From Escherichia coli (GTDB lineage Bacteria; Pseudomonadota; Gammaproteobacteria; Enterobacterales; Enterobacteriaceae): a stretch of 64,000 nucleotides of DNA. Below the pieces are notes generated by a model, which saw only the letters and a list, made by a program, of their open reading frames with translations, was not told the DNA's origin and did no database searches. Positions 18,397 through 30,486 of this stretch are shown piece by piece (the stretch's first letter is position 1; each line of letters starts with the position of its first letter). The stretch lies in NCBI RefSeq assembly GCF_013315695.1, contig NZ_CP054353.1, one strand, 5' to 3'. Position numbers and translations under genes: made by a program.

Positions 18397-19965
18397 ATGT
18401 TAGATATAGTCGAACTGTCGCGCTTACAGTTTGCCTTGACCGCGATGTACCACTTCCTTTTTGTGCCACTGACGCTCGGTATGGCGTTCCTGCTGGCCAT
18501 TATGGAAACGGTCTACGTCCTTTCCGGCAAACAGATTTATAAAGATATGACCAAGTTCTGGGGCAAGTTGTTTGGTATCAACTTCGCTCTGGGTGTGGCT
18601 ACCGGTCTGACCATGGAGTTCCAGTTCGGGACTAACTGGTCTTACTATTCCCACTATGTAGGGGATATCTTCGGTGCGCCGCTGGCAATCGAAGGTCTAA
18701 TGGCCTTCTTCCTCGAATCCACCTTTGTAGGTCTGTTCTTCTTCGGTTGGGATCGTCTGGGTAAAGTTCAGCATATGTGTGTCACCTGGCTGGTGGCGCT
18801 CGGTTCAAACCTGTCCGCACTGTGGATTCTGGTTGCGAACGGCTGGATGCAAAACCCAATCGCGTCCGATTTCAACTTTGAAACTATGCGTATGGAGATG
18901 GTGAGCTTCTCCGAGCTGGTGCTTAACCCGGTTGCTCAGGTGAAATTCGTTCACACTGTAGCGTCTGGTTATGTGACTGGCGCGATGTTCATCCTCGGTA
19001 TCAGCGCATGGTATATGCTGAAAGGTCGTGACTTCGCCTTCGCTAAACGCTCCTTTGCTATCGCTGCCAGCTTCGGTATGGCTGCCGTTCTGTCTGTTAT
19101 TGTTCTGGGTGATGAATCTGGTTACGAAATGGGCGACGTGCAGAAAACCAAACTGGCTGCTATTGAAGCCGAGTGGGAAACGCAACCTGCGCCTGCTGCC
19201 TTTACTCTGTTCGGCATTCCTGATCAGGAAGAGGAGACGAACAAATTTGCGATCCAGATCCCTTACGCGCTGGGCATCATTGCAACGCGTTCCGTGGATA
19301 CTCCAGTTATCGGCCTGAAAGAACTGATGGTGCAGCATGAAGAACGCATTCGTAACGGGATGAAGGCGTACTCTCTGCTCGAGCAACTGCGTTCTGGTTC
19401 TACCGACCAGGCGGTTCGTGACCAGTTCAATAGCATGAAGAAAGACCTCGGTTACGGTCTGCTGCTGAAACGCTATACGCCAAACGTGGCTGATGCGACT
19501 GAAGCGCAGATTCAACAGGCAACCAAAGACTCCATTCCGCGTGTAGCGCCGCTGTACTTCGCGTTCCGTATTATGGTGGCGTGTGGCTTCCTGCTGCTGG
19601 CAATCATCGCGCTCTCTTTCTGGAGTGTCATCCGCAACCGCATTGGCGAGAAAAAATGGCTGCTGCGCGCCGCGCTGTACGGTATTCCGCTGCCGTGGAT
19701 TGCTGTAGAAGCGGGCTGGTTCGTGGCTGAATATGGCCGCCAACCGTGGGCTATCGGTGAAGTGCTGCCGACAGCTGTGGCGAACTCGTCACTGACCGCA
19801 GGCGATCTCATCTTCTCAATGGTGCTGATTTGCGGCCTGTATACCCTGTTCCTGGTGGCAGAATTGTTCTTAATGTTCAAGTTTGCACGCCTCGGCCCAA
19901 GCAGCCTGAAAACCGGTCGCTATCACTTTGAGCAGTCTTCCACGACTACTCAGCCGGCACGCTAA
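18397..19965 (+). CDS. cydA: cytochrome bd-I ubiquinol oxidase subunit I
   Basis: 522 aa from [28 protein letters not shown]. Confidence 0.97.
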
Positions 19966-19980
19966 GACAGGAGTCGTCAA

Positions 19981-21120
19981 ATGATCGATTATGAAGTATT
20001 GCGTTTTATCTGGTGGCTGCTGGTTGGCGTTCTGCTGATTGGTTTTGCAGTCACTGACGGTTTCGACATGGGGGTGGGCATGCTCACCCGTTTCCTCGGT
20101 CGTAACGACACCGAGCGTCGAATTATGATTAACTCCATTGCACCACACTGGGACGGTAACCAGGTTTGGCTGATCACCGCGGGCGGCGCACTCTTTGCTG
20201 CCTGGCCGATGGTCTATGCCGCTGCGTTCTCCGGCTTCTATGTGGCGATGATCCTCGTGCTGGCGTCTTTGTTCTTCCGTCCGGTCGGTTTTGACTACCG
20301 CTCCAAGATTGAAGAAACCCGCTGGCGTAACATGTGGGACTGGGGCATCTTCATTGGTAGCTTCGTTCCGCCGCTGGTGATTGGTGTGGCGTTCGGTAAC
20401 CTGTTGCAGGGCGTACCGTTCAACGTTGATGAATATCTGCGTCTGTACTACACCGGTAACTTCTTCCAGCTGCTTAACCCGTTCGGCCTGCTGGCAGGCG
20501 TGGTGAGCGTTGGGATGATCATTACTCAGGGCGCGACTTACCTGCAAATGCGTACCGTGGGCGAACTGCACCTGCGTACCCGTGCAACGGCTCAGCTGGC
20601 GGCACTGGTGACACTGGTCTGCTTCGCACTGGCTGGCGTATGGGTGATGTACGGTATCGATGGTTATGTCGTGAAATCGACAATGGACCATTACGCAGCC
20701 TCTAACCCGCTGAATAAAGAAGTGGTTCGTGAAGCTGGCGCATGGCTGGTTAACTTCAACAACACGCCGATTCTGTGGGCTATTCCTGCACTGGGTGTGG
20801 TTCTGCCGCTGCTGACCATCCTGACTGCACGTATGGATAAAGCCGCGTGGGCGTTTGTGTTCTCCTCCCTGACGCTGGCCTGCATCATCCTGACTGCCGG
20901 TATTGCAATGTTCCCGTTTGTGATGCCGTCCAGCACCATGATGAACGCAAGTCTGACAATGTGGGATGCAACTTCCAGCCAGCTGACGCTTAACGTCATG
21001 ACCTGGGTTGCGGTGGTTCTGGTACCGATCATTCTGCTCTACACCGCCTGGTGTTACTGGAAAATGTTCGGTCGTATCACCAAAGAAGATATTGAACGTA
21101 ACACCCACTCTCTGTACTAA
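19981..21120 (+). CDS. cydB: cytochrome bd-I ubiquinol oxidase subunit II
   Basis: 379 aa polytopic membrane protein directly after cydA. Confidence 0.97.
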   Translation: MIDYEVLRFIWWLLVGVLLIGFAVTDGFDMGVGMLTRFLGRNDTERRIMINSIAPHWDGNQVWLITAGGALFAAWPMVYAAAFSGFYVAMILVLASLFFRPVGFDYRSKIEETRWRNMWDWGIFIGSFVPPLVIGVAFGNLLQGVPFNVDEYLRLYYTGNFFQLLNPFGLLAGVVSVGMIITQGATYLQMRTVGELHLRTRATAQLAALVTLVCFALAGVWVMYGIDGYVVKSTMDHYAASNPLNKEVVREAGAWLVNFNNTPILWAIPALGVVLPLLTILTARMDKAAWAFVFSSLTLACIILTAGIAMFPFVMPSSTMMNASLTMWDATSSQLTLNVMTWVAVVLVPIILLYTAWCYWKMFGRITKEDIERNTHSLY

Positions 21121-21134
21121 GTAAGGAGCTAAAA

Positions 21135-21248
21135 ATGTGGTATTTCGCATGGATTCTGGGAACGCTTCTTGCCTGTTCGTTTGGGGTAATCACCGCGCTG
21201 GCGCTTGAGCACGTCGAATCAGGCAAAGCCGGTCAAGAAGACATCTGA
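21135..21248 (+). CDS. cydX: cytochrome bd-I small subunit CydX
   Basis: 37-aa ORF MWYFAWILGTLLACSFGVITALALEHVESGKAGQEDI with AGGAG RBS; missed by the ORF track. Confidence 0.9.
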   Translation: MWYFAWILGTLLACSFGVITALALEHVESGKAGQEDI

Positions 21249-21541
21249 TGAGTAAGATTATCGCAACCTTGTATGCGGTAATGGACAAGCGCCCCCTGCG
21301 GGCGCTTTCCTTCGTGATGGCGCTTCTGTTAGCAGGATGTATGTTTTGGGACCCATCACGTTTCGCCGCGAAGACCAGTGAACTGGAAATCTGGCATGGT
21401 TTATTGCTGATGTGGGCCGTCTGTGCTGGTGTGATTCACGGCGTGGGCTTTCGTCCGCAGAAGGTTCTTTGGCAAGGGATTTTTTGCCCATTGCTTGCCG
21501 ATATTGTTCTCATTGTCGGGCTGATTTTCTTCTTCTTTTAA
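21248..21541 (+). CDS. ybgE: small inner membrane protein YbgE
   Basis: 97 aa; start overlaps the cydX stop (TGATG). Confidence 0.9.
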   Translation: MSKIIATLYAVMDKRPLRALSFVMALLLAGCMFWDPSRFAAKTSELEIWHGLLLMWAVCAGVIHGVGFRPQKVLWQGIFCPLLADIVLIVGLIFFFF

Positions 21542-21564
21542 ATCAGAATTCTCTTTAAAAAATT

Positions 21565-21593
21565 ATGGGCCGCTCCAGGCCCATAAATTTTTA
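21565..21593 (+). terminator. terminator after cydABX-ybgE
   Basis: atgggcc gctcca ggcccat hairpin followed by aaattttta. Confidence 0.6.
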
Positions 21594-21690
21594 CGCTCCC
21601 TTAACTTGCCCTCATTCCCAAACCTCAATCGCGCGCGTATAGTAGCAGCGTTTAAAAGCTCTAACTTTTGTTGCATTACCGGGATGTAAA

Positions 21691-22784
<1,094 letters not shown>

Positions 22785-22787
22785 GCC

Positions 22788-23216
22788 ATGGCCAGAGCGC
22801 GTGGACGAGGTCGTCGCGATCTCAAGTCCGAAATCAACATTGTACCGTTGCTGGACGTACTGCTGGTGCTGTTGCTGATCTTTATGGCGACAGCGCCCAT
22901 CATCACCCAGAGCGTGGAGGTCGATCTGCCAGACGCTACTGAATCACAGGCGGTGAGCAGTAACGATAATCCGCCAGTGATTGTTGAAGTGTCTGGTATT
23001 GGTCAGTACACCGTGGTGGTTGAGAAAGATCGCCTGGAGCGTTTACCACCAGAGCAGGTGGTGGCGGAAGTGTCCAGCCGTTTCAAGGCCAACCCGAAAA
23101 CGGTCTTTCTGATCGGTGGCGCAAAAGATGTGCCTTACGATGAAATAATTAAAGCACTGAACTTGTTACATAGTGCGGGTGTGAAATCGGTTGGTTTAAT
23201 GACGCAGCCTATCTAA
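22788..23216 (+). CDS. tolR: Tol-Pal system protein TolR
   Basis: 142 aa with single TM segment. Confidence 0.97.
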   Translation: MARARGRGRRDLKSEINIVPLLDVLLVLLLIFMATAPIITQSVEVDLPDATESQAVSSNDNPPVIVEVSGIGQYTVVVEKDRLERLPPEQVVAEVSSRFKANPKTVFLIGGAKDVPYDEIIKALNLLHSAGVKSVGLMTQPI

Positions 23217-23280
23217 ACATCTGCGTTTCCCTTGCTTGAAAGAGAGCGGGTAACAGGCGAACAGTTTTTGGAAACCGAGA

Positions 23281-24531
23281 GTGTCAAAGGCAACCGAACA
23301 AAACGACAAGCTCAAGCGGGCGATAATTATTTCAGCAGTGCTGCATGTCATCTTATTTGCGGCGCTGATCTGGAGTTCGTTCGATGAGAATATAGAAGCT
23401 TCAGCCGGAGGCGGCGGTGGTTCGTCCATCGACGCTGTCATGGTTGATTCAGGTGCGGTAGTTGAGCAGTACAAACGCATGCAAAGCCAGGAATCAAGCG
23501 CGAAGCGTTCTGATGAGCAGCGCAAGATGAAGGAACAGCAGGCTGCTGAAGAGCTGCGTGAGAAACAAGCGGCTGAACAGGAACGCCTGAAGCAACTTGA
23601 GAAAGAGCGGTTAGCGGCTCAGGAGCAGAAAAAGCAGGCTGAAGAAGCCGCAAAACAGGCCGAGTTAAAGCAGAAGCAAGCGGAAGAGGCGGCAGCGAAA
23701 GCGGCGGCAGATGCTAAAGCGAAGGCTGAAGCGGATGCAAAAGCTGCGGAAGAAGCAGCGAAGAAAGCGGCTGCAGACGCGAAGAAAAAAGCAGAAGCAG
23801 AAGCCGCCAAAGCCGCAGCCGAAGCGCAGAAAAAAGCCGAGGCAGCCGCGGCGGCACTGAAGAAGAAAGCGGAAGCGGCAGAAGCAGCTGCAGCTGAAGC
23901 AAGAAAGAAAGCGGCAACTGAAGCTGCTGAAAAAGCCAAAGCAGAAGCTGAGAAGAAAGCGGCTGCTGAAAAGGCTGCAGCTGATAAGAAAGCGGCAGCC
24001 GACAAAAAAGCAGCAGAAAAAGCGGCTGCTGAAAAGGCAGCAGCTGATAAGAAAGCAGCGGCAGAAAAAGCCGCCGCAGACAAAAAAGCGGCAGCGGCAA
24101 AAGCAGCAGCTGAAAAAGCCGCTGCAGCAAAAGCTGCCGCAGAGGCAGATGATATTTTCGGTGAGCTAAGCTCTGGTAAGAATGCACCGAAAACGGGGGG
24201 AGGGGCGAAAGGGAACAATGCTTCGCCAGCCGGGAGTGGTAATACTAAAAACAATGGCGCATCAGGGGCCGATATCAATAACTATGCCGGGCAGATTAAA
24301 TCTGCTATCGAAAGTAAGTTCTATGACGCATCGTCCTATGCAGGCAAAACCTGTACGCTGCGCATAAAACTGGCACCCGATGGTATGTTACTGGATATCA
24401 AACCTGAAGGTGGCGATCCCGCACTTTGTCAGGCTGCGTTGGCAGCAGCTAAACTTGCGAAGATCCCGAAACCACCAAGCCAGGCAGTATATGAAGTGTT
24501 CAAAAACGCGCCATTGGACTTCAAACCGTAA
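23281..24531 (+). CDS. tolA: Tol-Pal system protein TolA
   Basis: 416 aa, GTG start, long Ala/Lys/Glu-rich helical domain II. Confidence 0.95.
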   Translation: MSKATEQNDKLKRAIIISAVLHVILFAALIWSSFDENIEASAGGGGGSSIDAVMVDSGAVVEQYKRMQSQESSAKRSDEQRKMKEQQAAEELREKQAAEQERLKQLEKERLAAQEQKKQAEEAAKQAELKQKQAEEAAAKAAADAKAKAEADAKAAEEAAKKAAADAKKKAEAEAAKAAAEAQKKAEAAAAALKKKAEAAEAAAAEARKKAATEAAEKAKAEAEKKAAAEKAAADKKAAADKKAAEKAAAEKAAADKKAAAEKAAADKKAAAAKAAAEKAAAAKAAAEADDIFGELSSGKNAPKTGGGAKGNNASPAGSGNTKNNGASGADINNYAGQIKSAIESKFYDASSYAGKTCTLRIKLAPDGMLLDIKPEGGDPALCQAALAAAKLAKIPKPPSQAVYEVFKNAPLDFKP

Positions 24532-24663
24532 TCGCGATGTTGACTGTTCCGACGGTCAACATCAGGCACCGGTTGCCACGGGGTTCTGGTAGTTTTGTGT
24601 ATTTTAGTTTGTTAACATTCTGCTAAATTATCGTGGGCCATCGGTCCAGATAAGGGAGATATG

Positions 24664-25956
24664 ATGAAGCAGGCATTACGAGTAGCATTTGGTTTTCTCA
24701 TACTGTGGGCATCAGTTCTGCATGCTGAAGTCCGCATTGTGATCGACAGCGGTGTAGATTCCGGTCGTCCTATTGGAGTTGTTCCTTTCCAGTGGGCGGG
24801 CCCTGGTGCGGCACCTGAAGATATTGGCGGCATCGTTGCTGCCGACTTGCGTAACAGCGGTAAATTTAATCCGTTAGATCGCGCTCGTCTGCCACAGCAG
24901 CCGGGTAGTGCGCAGGAAGTACAACCAGCTGCATGGTCCGCGCTGGGTATTGACGCTGTAGTTGTCGGTCAGGTCACTCCGAATCCGGATGGTTCTTACA
25001 ATGTTGCTTATCAACTTGTTGACACTGGCGGCGCACCGGGTACTGTACTTGCTCAGAACTCGTACAAAGTGAACAAGCAGTGGCTGCGTTATGCTGGTCA
25101 TACCGCCAGTGATGAAGTGTTTGAAAAACTGACCGGCATTAAAGGTGCGTTCCGTACCCGTATTGCCTACGTTGTTCAGACCAACGGCGGTCAGTTCCCG
25201 TATGAACTGCGCGTATCTGACTATGACGGTTACAACCAGTTTGTCGTTCACCGTTCACCGCAGCCGCTGATGTCTCCGGCGTGGTCACCAGACGGTTCTA
25301 AACTGGCTTATGTGACCTTCGAAAGCGGTCGTTCCGCGCTGGTCATCCAAACGCTGGCAAATGGCGCTGTACGTCAGGTGGCTTCATTCCCGCGTCACAA
25401 CGGTGCACCTGCATTCTCGCCAGACGGCAGCAAACTGGCATTCGCCTTGTCGAAAACCGGTAGTCTGAACCTGTACGTAATGGATTTGGCTTCTGGTCAG
25501 ATCCGCCAGGTGACTGATGGTCGCAGTAACAATACCGAACCGACCTGGTTCCCGGATAGCCAGAACCTGGCATTTACTTCTGACCAGGCCGGTCGTCCAC
25601 AGGTTTATAAAGTGAATATCAACGGCGGTGCGCCACAACGTATTACCTGGGAAGGTTCGCAGAACCAGGATGCGGATGTCAGCAGCGACGGTAAATTTAT
25701 GGTAATGGTCAGCTCCAATGGTGGGCAGCAGCACATTGCCAAACAAGATCTGGCAACGGGAGGCGTACAAGTTCTGTCGTCCACGTTCCTGGATGAAACG
25801 CCAAGTCTGGCACCTAACGGCACTATGGTAATCTACAGCTCTTCTCAGGGGATGGGATCCGTGCTGAATTTGGTTTCTACAGATGGGCGTTTCAAAGCGC
25901 GTCTTCCGGCAACTGATGGACAGGTCAAATTCCCTGCCTGGTCGCCGTATCTGTGA
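24664..25956 (+). CDS. tolB: Tol-Pal system periplasmic protein TolB
   Basis: 430 aa from [21 protein letters not shown], beta-propeller. Confidence 0.97.
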   Translation: MKQALRVAFGFLILWASVLHAEVRIVIDSGVDSGRPIGVVPFQWAGPGAAPEDIGGIVAADLRNSGKFNPLDRARLPQQPGSAQEVQPAAWSALGIDAVVVGQVTPNPDGSYNVAYQLVDTGGAPGTVLAQNSYKVNKQWLRYAGHTASDEVFEKLTGIKGAFRTRIAYVVQTNGGQFPYELRVSDYDGYNQFVVHRSPQPLMSPAWSPDGSKLAYVTFESGRSALVIQTLANGAVRQVASFPRHNGAPAFSPDGSKLAFALSKTGSLNLYVMDLASGQIRQVTDGRSNNTEPTWFPDSQNLAFTSDQAGRPQVYKVNINGGAPQRITWEGSQNQDADVSSDGKFMVMVSSNGGQQHIAKQDLATGGVQVLSSTFLDETPSLAPNGTMVIYSSSQGMGSVLNLVSTDGRFKARLPATDGQVKFPAWSPYL

Positions 25957-25966
25957 TAATAATTAA

Positions 25967-26512
<546 letters not shown>

Positions 26513-26521
26513 GAGAATTGC

Positions 26522-27313
26522 ATGAGCAGTAACTTCAGACATCAACTATTGAGTCTGTCGTTACTGGTTGGTATAGCGGCCCCCTGGGCCGCTTTTGCTC
26601 AGGCACCAATCAGTAGTGTCGGCTCAGGCTCGGTCGAAGACCGCGTCACTCAACTTGAGCGTATTTCTAATGCTCACAGCCAGCTTTTAACCCAACTCCA
26701 GCAACAACTCTCTGATAATCAATCCGATATTGATTCCCTGCGTGGTCAGATTCAGGAAAATCAGTATCAACTGAATCAGGTCGTGGAGCGGCAAAAGCAG
26801 ATCCTGTTGCAGATCGACAGCCTCAGCAGCGGTGGTGCAGCGGCGCAATCAACCAGCGGTGATCAAAGCGGTGCGGCGGCATCAACGACGCCGACAGCTG
26901 ATGCTGGTACTGCGAATGCTGGCGCGCCGGTGAAAAGCGGTGATGCAAACACGGATTACAATGCAGCTATTGCGCTGGTGCAGGATAAATCCCGCCAGGA
27001 TGACGCAATGGTGGCATTTCAGAATTTCATCAAAAATTACCCTGATTCAACTTTCCTGCCAAACGCCAATTATTGGCTGGGTCAGTTAAACTACAACAAG
27101 GGTAAAAAAGATGATGCGGCGTACTATTTTGCTTCGGTAGTGAAAAACTATCCGAAGTCACCAAAGGCTGCAGATGCGATGTTTAAAGTCGGCGTCATCA
27201 TGCAGGACAAAGGTGACACCGCAAAAGCGAAAGCCGTATACCAGCAGGTTATCAGTAAATACCCTGGTACTGATGGTGCTAAACAGGCGCAAAAACGTCT
27301 GAACGCGATGTAA
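26522..27313 (+). CDS. cpoB: cell division coordinator CpoB (YbgF)
   Basis: 263 aa with signal peptide, coiled coil and C-terminal TPR. Confidence 0.95.
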   Translation: MSSNFRHQLLSLSLLVGIAAPWAAFAQAPISSVGSGSVEDRVTQLERISNAHSQLLTQLQQQLSDNQSDIDSLRGQIQENQYQLNQVVERQKQILLQIDSLSSGGAAAQSTSGDQSGAAASTTPTADAGTANAGAPVKSGDANTDYNAAIALVQDKSRQDDAMVAFQNFIKNYPDSTFLPNANYWLGQLNYNKGKKDDAAYYFASVVKNYPKSPKAADAMFKVGVIMQDKGDTAKAKAVYQQVISKYPGTDGAKQAQKRLNAM

Positions 27314-27477
27314 TGCATAACACACGACCAGAAGTCGCATTATTTCTGGTCGTGTCGTGCGAATCATAAGCAGTTGAGTGATCTACATCGAAATTTTTGT
27401 TGCGCTCAAGTCTGAAATCAGTAATATATGCCGCCGTTGCCACGGGATATCAAACAAACCGAAAGCAACGAAAAAGT

Positions 27478-27553
27478 GGGTCGTTAGCTCAGTTGGTAGA
27501 GCAGTTGACTTTTAATCAATTGGTCGCAGGTTCGAATCCTGCACGACCCACCA
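27478..27553 (+). tRNA. lysT: tRNA-Lys (UUU)
   Basis: 76 nt gggtcgttagctcagttggtagagcagttgacttttaatcaattggtcgcaggttcgaatcctgcacgacccacca. Confidence 0.97.
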
Positions 27554-27688
27554 ATCGCTAAGGTGGAAGCGGTAGTAAAACGTGAAGGATAACGTTGCGT
27601 CAGCAACGGCCCGAAGGGCGAGACGAAGTCGAGTCATCCTGCACGACCCACCACTAACATAGTTAGTTGTAGTATCCAGCGTAGTATT

Positions 27689-27764
27689 GGGTGATTAGCT
27701 CAGCTGGGAGAGCACCTCCCTTACAAGGAGGGGGTCGGCGGTTCGATCCCGTCATCACCCACCA
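27689..27764 (+). tRNA. valT: tRNA-Val (UAC)
   Basis: 76 nt gggtgattagctcagctgggagagcacctcccttacaaggagggggtcggcggttcgatcccgtcatcacccacca. Confidence 0.97.
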
Positions 27765-27766
27765 CC

Positions 27767-27842
27767 GGGTCGTTAGCTCAGTTGGTAGAGCAGTTGACTT
27801 TTAATCAATTGGTCGCAGGTTCGAATCCTGCACGACCCACCA
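27767..27842 (+). tRNA. lysW: tRNA-Lys (UUU)
   Basis: Identical 76-nt Lys tRNA sequence. Confidence 0.97.
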
Positions 27843-27893
27843 CTAATGACGGTGGGTTCGGTGGAAGTAGTTTGTAGTATCCAGCGCAGTATC

Positions 27894-27969
27894 GGGTGAT
27901 TAGCTCAGCTGGGAGAGCACCTCCCTTACAAGGAGGGGGTCGGCGGTTCGATCCCGTCATCACCCACCA
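27894..27969 (+). tRNA. valZ: tRNA-Val (UAC)
   Basis: Identical 76-nt Val tRNA sequence. Confidence 0.97.
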
Positions 27970-27972
27970 CTC

Positions 27973-28048
27973 GGGTCGTTAGCTCAGTTGGTAGAGCAGT
28001 TGACTTTTAATCAATTGGTCGCAGGTTCGAATCCTGCACGACCCACCA
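27973..28048 (+). tRNA. lysY: tRNA-Lys (UUU)
   Basis: Identical 76-nt Lys tRNA sequence. Confidence 0.97.
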
Positions 28049-28096
28049 ATTTTAAAGATTGGTTCCGAGTAGAAATCTTTCAGGTAACACCCGTAT

Positions 28097-28172
28097 GGGT
28101 CGTTAGCTCAGTTGGTAGAGCAGTTGACTTTTAATCAATTGGTCGCAGGTTCGAATCCTGCACGACCCACCA
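28097..28172 (+). tRNA. lysZ: tRNA-Lys (UUU)
   Basis: Identical 76-nt Lys tRNA sequence. Confidence 0.97.
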
Positions 28173-28205
28173 TCCTGAATGATTAAAGCAGCATAATCCC
28201 GCAAG

Positions 28206-28281
28206 GGGTCGTTAGCTCAGTTGGTAGAGCAGTTGACTTTTAATCAATTGGTCGCAGGTTCGAATCCTGCACGACCCACCA
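28206..28281 (+). tRNA. lysQ: tRNA-Lys (UUU)
   Basis: Identical 76-nt Lys tRNA sequence. Confidence 0.97.
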
Positions 28282-28285
28282 ATGT

Positions 28286-28312
28286 AAAAAAGCGCCCTAA
28301 AGGCGCTTTTTT
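28286..28312 (+). terminator. rho-independent terminator after lysQ
   Basis: aaaaaagcgcc ctaa aggcgctttttt. Confidence 0.8.
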
Positions 28313-28416
28313 GCTATCTGCGATACTCAAAGATTCGAACCTGCTGCAGGTTCGAGTTGAGCGCAGCGAAACAACGGAGCCGCTCGCGGCGACGGCCCGT
28401 AGGGCGAGCGAAGCGT

Positions 28417-28471
28417 GTCATCCTGCACGACCCACCAATGTAAAAAAGCGCCCTAAAGGCGCTTTTTTGCT
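28417..28471 (+). repeat. direct repeat: tRNA 3'-end fragment plus second copy of the lysQ terminator
   Basis: gtcatcctgcacgacccaccaatgtaaaaaagcgccctaaaggcgcttttttgctat nearly duplicates 28262-28316. Confidence 0.8.
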
Positions 28472-28595
28472 ATTCAGGTATCCTCAATTTCACTTTGTAA
28501 ACCTGATGACATCGTCAGAGCTTACTGTGCAAGCAACTCTACGTCGGTGGAATTAGGCGTAATTCGAGTGACTTTTCCCCACCATTCGACTATCT

Positions 28596-28613
28596 TGTTT
28601 AGCATATAAAACA
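28596..28613 (+). promoter_or_regulatory. candidate NadR operator upstream of nadA
   Basis: tgtttagcatataaaaca, close to the TGTTTA-N6-TAAACA NAD box. Confidence 0.55.
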
Positions 28614-28685
28614 AATTTCACCGATAACAGCGAATATTACGCTCATGTCGGTTTTAACGTTAAGCCTGTAAAACGAGATGGTAAG

Positions 28686-29729
28686 ATGAGCGTGATGTTT
28701 GATCCAGACACGGCGATTTATCCTTTCCCCCCGAAGCCGACGCCGTTAAGCATTGATGAAAAAGCGTATTACCGCGAGAAGATAAAACGTCTGCTAAAAG
28801 AACGTAATGCGGTGATGGTTGCCCACTACTATACCGATCCCGAAATTCAACAACTGGCAGAAGAAACCGGTGGCTGTATTTCTGATTCTCTGGAAATGGC
28901 GCGCTTCGGTGCAAAGCATCCCGCTTCTACGTTATTAGTCGCTGGGGTGAGATTTATGGGAGAAACCGCCAAAATTCTCAGTCCGGAAAAAACAATTCTG
29001 ATGCCGACACTTCAGGCTGAATGTTCACTGGATCTCGGCTGCCCTGTTGAAGAATTTAACGCATTTTGCGATGCCCATCCCGATCGTACTGTCGTCGTCT
29101 ACGCCAACACTTCTGCTGCGGTAAAAGCGCGCGCAGATTGGGTGGTAACTTCAAGCATTGCCGTCGAACTTATTGATCATCTGGATAGTTTGGGTGAAAA
29201 AATCATCTGGGCACCCGACAAACATCTGGGGCGTTACGTGCAAAAACAGACGGGCGCAGACATTTTATGCTGGCAGGGTGCCTGCATTGTGCATGATGAA
29301 TTTAAGACTCAGGCGTTAACCCGCTTGCAAGAAGAATACCCGGATGCTGCCATACTGGTGCATCCAGAATCACCACAAGCTATTGTCGATATGGCGGATG
29401 CGGTCGGTTCCACCAGTCAACTGATCGCTGCTGCGAAAACATTGCCACATCAGCGGCTTATCGTGGCAACCGATCGGGGCATTTTCTACAAAATGCAGCA
29501 GGCGGTGCCATATAAAGAGTTACTGGAAGCACCAACCGCGGGTGAGGGCGCAACCTGCCGCAGCTGCGCGCATTGTCCGTGGATGGCCATGAATGGCCTT
29601 CAGGCTATCGCAGAGGCATTAGAACAGGAAGGAAGCAATCACGAGGTTCATGTTGATGAAAGGCTGCGAGAGAGGGCGCTGGTGCCGCTCAATCGTATGC
29701 TGGAATTTGCGGCTACACTACGTGGATAA
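28686..29729 (+). CDS. nadA: quinolinate synthase
   Basis: 347 aa, [22 protein letters not shown]. Confidence 0.97.
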   Translation: MSVMFDPDTAIYPFPPKPTPLSIDEKAYYREKIKRLLKERNAVMVAHYYTDPEIQQLAEETGGCISDSLEMARFGAKHPASTLLVAGVRFMGETAKILSPEKTILMPTLQAECSLDLGCPVEEFNAFCDAHPDRTVVVYANTSAAVKARADWVVTSSIAVELIDHLDSLGEKIIWAPDKHLGRYVQKQTGADILCWQGACIVHDEFKTQALTRLQEEYPDAAILVHPESPQAIVDMADAVGSTSQLIAAAKTLPHQRLIVATDRGIFYKMQQAVPYKELLEAPTAGEGATCRSCAHCPWMAMNGLQAIAEALEQEGSNHEVHVDERLRERALVPLNRMLEFAATLRG

Positions 29730-29766
29730 CGAATAATAAGGCGTAACGTTACGCTTTGGGGGAAAG

Positions 29767-30486
29767 ATGGATTTTTTTAGTGTGCAGAATATCCTGGTAC
29801 ATATACCAATAGGGGCAGGCGGTTATGATCTCTCATGGATCGAAGCGGTAGGCACAATCGCCGGGTTGCTGTGTATTGGCCTTGCCAGTCTGGAGAAGAT
29901 CAGCAACTACTTTTTTGGCCTGATCAACGTCACCTTGTTTGGCATTATTTTCTTTCAGATTCAGCTGTATGCCAGCCTGCTATTACAGATGTTTTTCTTT
30001 GCCGCGAATATTTACGGCTGGTATGCGTGGTCGCGACAAACCAGTCAGAACGAGGCGGAGTTGAAAATTCGCTGGTTGCCATTGCCGAAGGCGCTAAGCT
30101 GGTTGGCGGTTTGCGTTGTTTCGATTGGTCTGATGACGGTATTTATCAATCCGGTGTTTGCATTTTTGACCCGCGTGGCAGTCATCATCATGCAAGCATT
30201 AGGATTACAGGTTGCGATGCCTGAACTGCAACCGGACGCTTTCCCGTTCTGGGATTCCTGCATGATGGTGTTATCTATCGTGGCAATGATTCTGATGACG
30301 CGTAAATATGTGGAAAACTGGCTGTTGTGGGTGATTATTAACGTGATTAGCGTCGTTATTTTTGCACTTCAGGGCGTTTACGCCATGTCTCTGGAGTACA
30401 TCATCCTGACCTTTATTGCGCTCAACGGCAGCCGGATGTGGATCAACAGCGCACGCGAAAGAGGCTCACGCGCGCTGTCCCATTAA
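29767..30486 (+). CDS. pnuC: nicotinamide riboside transporter
   Basis: 239 aa membrane protein downstream of nadA. Confidence 0.95.
   Translation: MDFFSVQNILVHIPIGAGGYDLSWIEAVGTIAGLLCIGLASLEKISNYFFGLINVTLFGIIFFQIQLYASLLLQMFFFAANIYGWYAWSRQTSQNEAELKIRWLPLPKALSWLAVCVVSIGLMTVFINPVFAFLTRVAVIIMQALGLQVAMPELQPDAFPFWDSCMMVLSIVAMILMTRKYVENWLLWVIINVISVVIFALQGVYAMSLEYIILTFIALNGSRMWINSARERGSRALSH

Noticed and set aside
18805-21150. Long antisense ORFs (312 aa and 426 aa) across cydA and cydB
   Set aside because: They fully overlap well-supported cydA/cydB on the opposite strand and have Arg/His/Gln-rich, non-protein-like composition.
23619-24278. 219-aa and 157-aa ORFs antisense to tolA
   Set aside because: Artefacts of the Ala/Lys/Glu-rich repetitive tolA domain II; translations are low-complexity Ala/Leu/Ser strings.
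28221-28556. 111-aa ORF spanning lysQ and the downstream repeat
   Set aside because: Reads through a tRNA gene and two terminator hairpins; the translation is the tRNA sequence in protein space.
30483-30486. Convergent overlap of the pnuC and zitB stop codons
   Set aside because: Four-nucleotide overlap of convergent genes looks like ordinary compact gene packing rather than a distinct feature.
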